The notes under the pieces: model-generated | The model's input: only the letters and a program-made list of their open reading frames with translations | Told to the model about the DNA's origin: nothing | Databases searched by the model: none | Source of the DNA: an uncultured Bacilli bacterium | GTDB taxonomy: Bacteria > Bacillota_I > Bacilli_A > RF39 > UBA660 | DNA: 64,000 nt | NCBI GenBank assembly: GCA_944358305.1 | Contig: CALVQK010000007.1 | Coordinates: 8,165 to 72,164 of the forward strand | Direction: 5' to 3' | Shown: positions 59,706 to 64,000 of the stretch, piece after piece | How positions within the stretch are numbered: position 1 is the first letter of the stretch | How the letters are laid out: each line of letters begins with the position of its first letter | Program-made: the position numbers and the translations under genes

Positions 59706-60320
59706 ATGGAGGGATTTATGAAATTAACAGAAATAAATACAGAAAATATATCAGATGATATAATTAAAAAAGTTTTCTTTAATACAACAGAAAAAGATTT
59801 TTCCAAAGCAGATTGTCTTATAATTTTTGGCTGCCATATAAAATCAATACTTGATGAAAGATTAGAATGTGCTCTTAATCTTTTAGCAGAAAAACAAATT
59901 TACAAAGTGTTAATAAGTGGCGGTATTGGTGTTAAAGGAAATTTTAATGAAGCAGAATATATGAAAGAAAGTCTACTAAATAATGGTTTAGAAGAAAATA
60001 AAATTTTAATAGAAAATAAGTCAACTACTACAGAAGAAAATATAATTAACTCTATACAAATATTAAAGAGTAAAAATTTGATAGAAAATAAAACTATTGT
60101 CTTAGTTTCTAACCAAATACATTTAAAAAGAATTGGAATGGAGATAAAAAGGCAACTTTCTAATTCTAATACTAATATTATTTATGAATATCCACTAAAT
60201 GATAGTTTTTCTTTTACTAAAATTATAACTAATAATAACTTAAGAGAATTAGCAGAAAACGAAATAAAGAAAATAAAACGATTTATTCAAAATGGAATCG
60301 TTGATGATGAGAAAATTTAA
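59706..60320 (+). CDS. YdcF/DUF218 (ElyC/SanA-like) protein
   Basis: LISGG, EAEYM, IENKSTTTEEN and HLKR motifs. Confidence 0.85.
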   Translation: MEGFMKLTEINTENISDDIIKKVFFNTTEKDFSKADCLIIFGCHIKSILDERLECALNLLAEKQIYKVLISGGIGVKGNFNEAEYMKESLLNNGLEENKILIENKSTTTEENIINSIQILKSKNLIENKTIVLVSNQIHLKRIGMEIKRQLSNSNTNIIYEYPLNDSFSFTKIITNNNLRELAENEIKKIKRFIQNGIVDDEKI

Positions 60321-60390
60321 TATTAGACTGTAAAGAATAAGAATTTAGTATTACTAACTCCTTATTATGTGCTAGAATTAAAATAAGGAG

Positions 60391-61434
60391 ATGATGTTAA
60401 TGAATGATACAAATATGTTAAAAGAAATTAGAGAAGTTACAGCTTTAGAGGCCTGTATAGAAAAAAATAAAGATGTAATTCCTACTATTGCTAAAGAAAT
60501 TAAAGAATTTAATCCTAAAAACTTTATGATAGTAGCAAGGGGTACTTCTACTCATGGAGGTATATTTGGGAAATATTTCTTAGAACTACACTATAAAAAA
60601 CCAGTAGAAATGGCAGATCCATCTATATTTACTGTTTATGATAGTAATATGGATTTATCAAATACGGTTGTTATTGCTATTTCTCAGTCTGGTAAAGGAT
60701 ATGATGTTAGTACTGTTTTAAAGAAAGCGAAAGAAAGCGGAGCTTACACTTTTGCTATTACTAATAATCCTGATTCATTAGTGGCAGAGGCTACTGATAA
60801 ACATATCTTTAATGAAATTGGTGAAACTAATGCCGGAGCTGCTACGAAAGGATATACTACTACTTTATATATCTTAACTAAACTAGCTTTATGTTTAAGT
60901 GGTGAAAAGAATAGTTTTGATGATGATAAATATATTGAAGCAGTTAAAAGAGCTTTAGATCTTTATGATGATGTTAAACCTATGGCTAATGAATTAATTT
61001 CTATGGAAATGGGCTTTTCTATTGCTAGAGGTTATAGTTACTCTCTTGCTAAGGAATTTGCCTTAAAAGTTATGGAAACCCTTCTAGTTCCAGTTATTCC
61101 ATATAAAGCAAGTGAATTCTGTCATGGTCCTCTTGCTTCAACAAGTTCCAAAACTCCTATAGTTTTATTTGCAGTAGATGATAAAACAAATGAAGATATT
61201 AAAAGAGTTGTTACTTATTTAAAAGATACAAAAGCTAAAAGTTATGTAATCACTAATGATAAAGAAATTGCTGATATTAGTGATATGGCTATTATGATAG
61301 ATGAAACTGAAAGTATTTATGCCTTTTATCAAGCTGCTATTGTAATGCAACTACTTTCTTGTGAAATGGCATTTACTAAAGGAACTTATCAAGATCATGT
61401 GCCTGTATTAAAAGGACGTACTAATACATTTTAA
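60391..61434 (+). CDS. SIS-domain sugar-phosphate isomerase/deaminase (GlmS C-terminal-like)
   Basis: ARGTS, ISQSG, ATKGY, EFALKVME and EFCHGP motifs. Confidence 0.88.
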   Translation: MMLMNDTNMLKEIREVTALEACIEKNKDVIPTIAKEIKEFNPKNFMIVARGTSTHGGIFGKYFLELHYKKPVEMADPSIFTVYDSNMDLSNTVVIAISQSGKGYDVSTVLKKAKESGAYTFAITNNPDSLVAEATDKHIFNEIGETNAGAATKGYTTTLYILTKLALCLSGEKNSFDDDKYIEAVKRALDLYDDVKPMANELISMEMGFSIARGYSYSLAKEFALKVMETLLVPVIPYKASEFCHGPLASTSSKTPIVLFAVDDKTNEDIKRVVTYLKDTKAKSYVITNDKEIADISDMAIMIDETESIYAFYQAAIVMQLLSCEMAFTKGTYQDHVPVLKGRTNTF

Positions 61435-61446
61435 AAAAATGAAGAA

Positions 61447-62142
61447 TTAATCTTCATTTTTATTTTGCTTTCTTTTATCACTTGGATAATTTAATTTTTT
61501 ACTAAGACCTTTTTCTTTATAACGTTTATAAGCTTTTTCGTATTCTAAAGGTGACGTTTCTAGTAAGTTTGGTAGAAAGTTATATTCAACATCATATTTT
61601 TCTTCAATTGGAACTGTATCTAAGACTCCACTTAGACATTCATAAAAGAGATTCTCAATGTCTTCTTTTAATTTATATTCTAATGACATACCACAATATC
61701 TTTTAACAAACCTAGTTAAAACCTTTTGATAGCTTTCCCAACTTCTTAAATATTCTGTTGGTGCTATTTTAGGATGACAATCAAATCTACTAGTAGCAGG
61801 TATTAAATTAGCACCTGCACTTGGTCTGTTTTTAAAATCATAGTAACAGCCATCTTCTCTTAACATACTACATGTTTTCTTTATTGAGACTAAATCTACA
61901 ATATCTCTATCTATATTTCTCGCTCTTAAATAAAGAAGTGGTGTATAAACTAAATTTCCTTTTGGCATTCGTTGAAAATCTAAAGCTGCGACAATAGAAA
62001 TATTCCCTTCACTTAAAATTTTAGTTAAACCATTAAAAGATAAATCTTTAAAATCTTCGGGGTAATAATCACAACCACATTTCTTACAACAGTAACCTCC
62101 ACAAGCTGTACAATATTCTTTATTTTCTAATATTTCTTCCAT
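61447..62142 (-). CDS. Cys-cluster protein (CxxCxxxCC, YkgJ-like)
   Basis: CTACGGYCCKKCGC and CSML..GC..RP motifs. Confidence 0.55.
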   Translation of the reverse strand: MEEILENKEYCTACGGYCCKKCGCDYYPEDFKDLSFNGLTKILSEGNISIVAALDFQRMPKGNLVYTPLLYLRARNIDRDIVDLVSIKKTCSMLREDGCYYDFKNRPSAGANLIPATSRFDCHPKIAPTEYLRSWESYQKVLTRFVKRYCGMSLEYKLKEDIENLFYECLSGVLDTVPIEEKYDVEYNFLPNLLETSPLEYEKAYKRYKEKGLSKKLNYPSDKRKQNKNED

Positions 62143-62208
62143 ATACTACACCTCTAAATCGTTGTTTATTATATTAAGAATTAATTTTAGTGTCAAGAAA
62201 AAAGAAAT

Positions 62209-62637
62209 CTAGATTCCTTCGCTAGTTTCTTTTTCATCATTATTTATTACTTTTTCTAATGGGATAACTGATTTAATAGAGGCATCTTTACAAGATGTTT
62301 TTAATTCTTTTATACTCATCTTATCTAATTTCATTGAAGTATCTATTAATCCTCCTAAGTTAATACCTGTTACTACTTCATAAGTATTATTAGAAAAAGC
62401 TAATTTAGATGCTACTTTAAAGGGAGTACCTCCCATTAAGTCACATGCAAATAATATTTCTTTATCTTTATTGTCTTCAATTATTTTATTAAATTTTTCT
62501 TCTAAAGAGTTATCATTATCATCATTTAAAAAATCAACTGCATAGACATTATCTTTAGTACCAGCAATCATGGTAAGAGAACTTAAAATACCACTAGCAA
62601 AGTTATTATGTCCTGTTATTATTATAATTTGTTTCAT
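62209..62637 (-). CDS. PTS mannose-family IIA component
   Basis: ITGHNNFASG, DLMGGTPF and GINL motifs. Confidence 0.9.
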   Translation of the reverse strand: MKQIIIITGHNNFASGILSSLTMIAGTKDNVYAVDFLNDDNDNSLEEKFNKIIEDNKDKEILFACDLMGGTPFKVASKLAFSNNTYEVVTGINLGGLIDTSMKLDKMSIKELKTSCKDASIKSVIPLEKVINNDEKETSEGI

Positions 62638-62706
62638 AAAACACTACCTTTCTAAAAGAATTATATCATTTTTAGACAAAAAGAAAAAGCCTTAAGAGGC
62701 TTTTTA

Positions 62707-63519
62707 CTAAAGTATTCCAAAGAATGAGAATACAATTGATACTATTATAATACCTACTATTAATACAGTTGTATTTACTTTCTTTCTTAATAAGAAATAA
62801 ACTAAGAAAGTAAAAGCAAATGGTAATAAGTTAGGTAAAATTTTATCGAAGAAATCTGTTTGTAAGCTTACAGTAGCATCATGGCCAATATCAATAGTTG
62901 TCTTAACTGTTAGTGATACATAACTAGCGATTAATCCACCTAATATTGTAACACCTAAAACTGAGGCAGCATTACTTACTCTTTTTGTATTCTCTTGAAT
63001 TTTATCTAATGCTGCAGTACCTGTTTTATAACCCATTCTAGCTAATGGAAAACGAAGTAAGAAAGCTACTAAGAATACTAAGAAGAATAATACTGGTCCT
63101 AATACATTTCCTTGATCAGATAAAGATGCACAAATTCCTGCTGTTATAGGTAATAAAGTAAACCAGAATAAGGCATCACCTATACCTGCTAAAGGTCCAA
63201 ATAAAGATATTTTAATCTTTTTGACTGTTTCAGGATCTTCTCCACCTTCATATAAAGATAACATTAATCCTTGTAAATAAGGTAATAAAGTATTATGGGT
63301 ATTAATAAACTCTAAGTTATCATTTAATACTTTAGATAAAGTTTTAGGATCATTTTTATATATCTTCTTTAAAGCTGGTCCCATTGATGCTGTAAAACCA
63401 ATACTTTGCATTCTTTCATAGTTGAAGCAAGATTGATTTAAAACAGAAAGTAAAGCTAAATCATTTAAATCAGCGTCTGTTACAACTCTTTTACGCTTTT
63501 TTGTTTGTTTAGATGCCAC
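62707..63519 (-). CDS. PTS mannose-family IID component
   Basis: FNYERMQ, FINTH and GPLAGIGDALFW motifs. Confidence 0.93.
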   Translation of the reverse strand: MASKQTKKRKRVVTDADLNDLALLSVLNQSCFNYERMQSIGFTASMGPALKKIYKNDPKTLSKVLNDNLEFINTHNTLLPYLQGLMLSLYEGGEDPETVKKIKISLFGPLAGIGDALFWFTLLPITAGICASLSDQGNVLGPVLFFLVFLVAFLLRFPLARMGYKTGTAALDKIQENTKRVSNAASVLGVTILGGLIASYVSLTVKTTIDIGHDATVSLQTDFFDKILPNLLPFAFTFLVYFLLRKKVNTTVLIVGIIIVSIVFSFFGIL

Positions 63520-64000
63520 TCTTCTTACCTTCCTTTCCGCTAGTGCTTGCAGTAGCTACGGCTACTTCTTTTTCACCACTTCTATAATATTCCATTAAAG
63601 CAAATGCTACACCCATAATAGCAACTGGTAAAACGTTGTCTATTTGAATGAAAGTTGCGAATAGGAATCCTGCAAGTAAATAAGGTACATATCTTGCTTT
63701 TAAAGTTACACGAAGTAACATAGCAAATCCAACAGCAGGAAGTAAGCCTCCGGCTACTTGGAATCCATTAATTAACCAATCTGGCATTGCTTCTACTAAA
63801 GCTCTTAATGGTTCTTGAGCAGCATATACTGATAAGAATGTTAATATTCCTGTAGCAATACTAGTAATAGCTATTCCATAAAAACATAGTTTGAATAAAC
63901 CTTTAATATTTCCTTCTTTAGCATAACGTTCTGCAGGACGGTTGAAAGAAACAAAAGCTGTATTTCTAACAGTCCATAAGAATTGTAATAATACTCCAAA
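63509..64000 (-). CDS. PTS mannose-family IIC component (partial, starts beyond the window)
   Basis: Frame stays open to the window edge; GGLLPAVGFAMLL motif. Confidence 0.9.
   Translation of the reverse strand, partial: FGVLLQFLWTVRNTAFVSFNRPAERYAKEGNIKGLFKLCFYGIAITSIATGILTFLSVYAAQEPLRALVEAMPDWLINGFQVAGGLLPAVGFAMLLRVTLKARYVPYLLAGFLFATFIQIDNVLPVAIMGVAFALMEYYRSGEKEVAVATASTSGKEGKKSGI

Noticed and set aside
1-64000. CRISPR array or cas genes
   Set aside because: No regularly spaced repeat-spacer array and no cas-like ORFs seen.

Overview
A very AT-rich chromosomal region from a Bacillota genome. The mix of reduced housekeeping operons, scattered sporulation genes (gerE, gerM, spoIIIAH, cotE, spoVS) and SipW-type surface proteins suggests a gut Bacilli lineage such as RF39 (inference). 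Core genes include rmuC, mltG, yqgF, ireB, murC, queH, rseP, cdsA, khpA, rpsP, miaB, serS, scpAB and a mannose-family PTS. RNA elements are a 6S RNA, tRNA-Leu(CAA) and two T-box leaders. The main discovery is at 38.7-45.4 kb. An intact tyrosine recombinase sits beside three 174-199 bp promoter-containing segments. Each segment is flanked by inverted 21-bp sites with shared arms (CTCAAAGT/ACTTTGAG-like) and its own 5-bp core, which looks like three orthogonal invertible-promoter switches (two OFF and one ON as assembled). They would control two unknown proteins and a membrane-protein/amidoligase/GGCT operon. Other unannotated elements are two copies of a probable new type I toxin-antitoxin module, a duplicated Rpn gene with exchanged C-termini, a TnpB/omega-RNA remnant, a possible split sigma factor after tRNA-Leu, and a modular TasA-like surface protein family. 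All family calls come from motif recognition by eye, and no database search was run.
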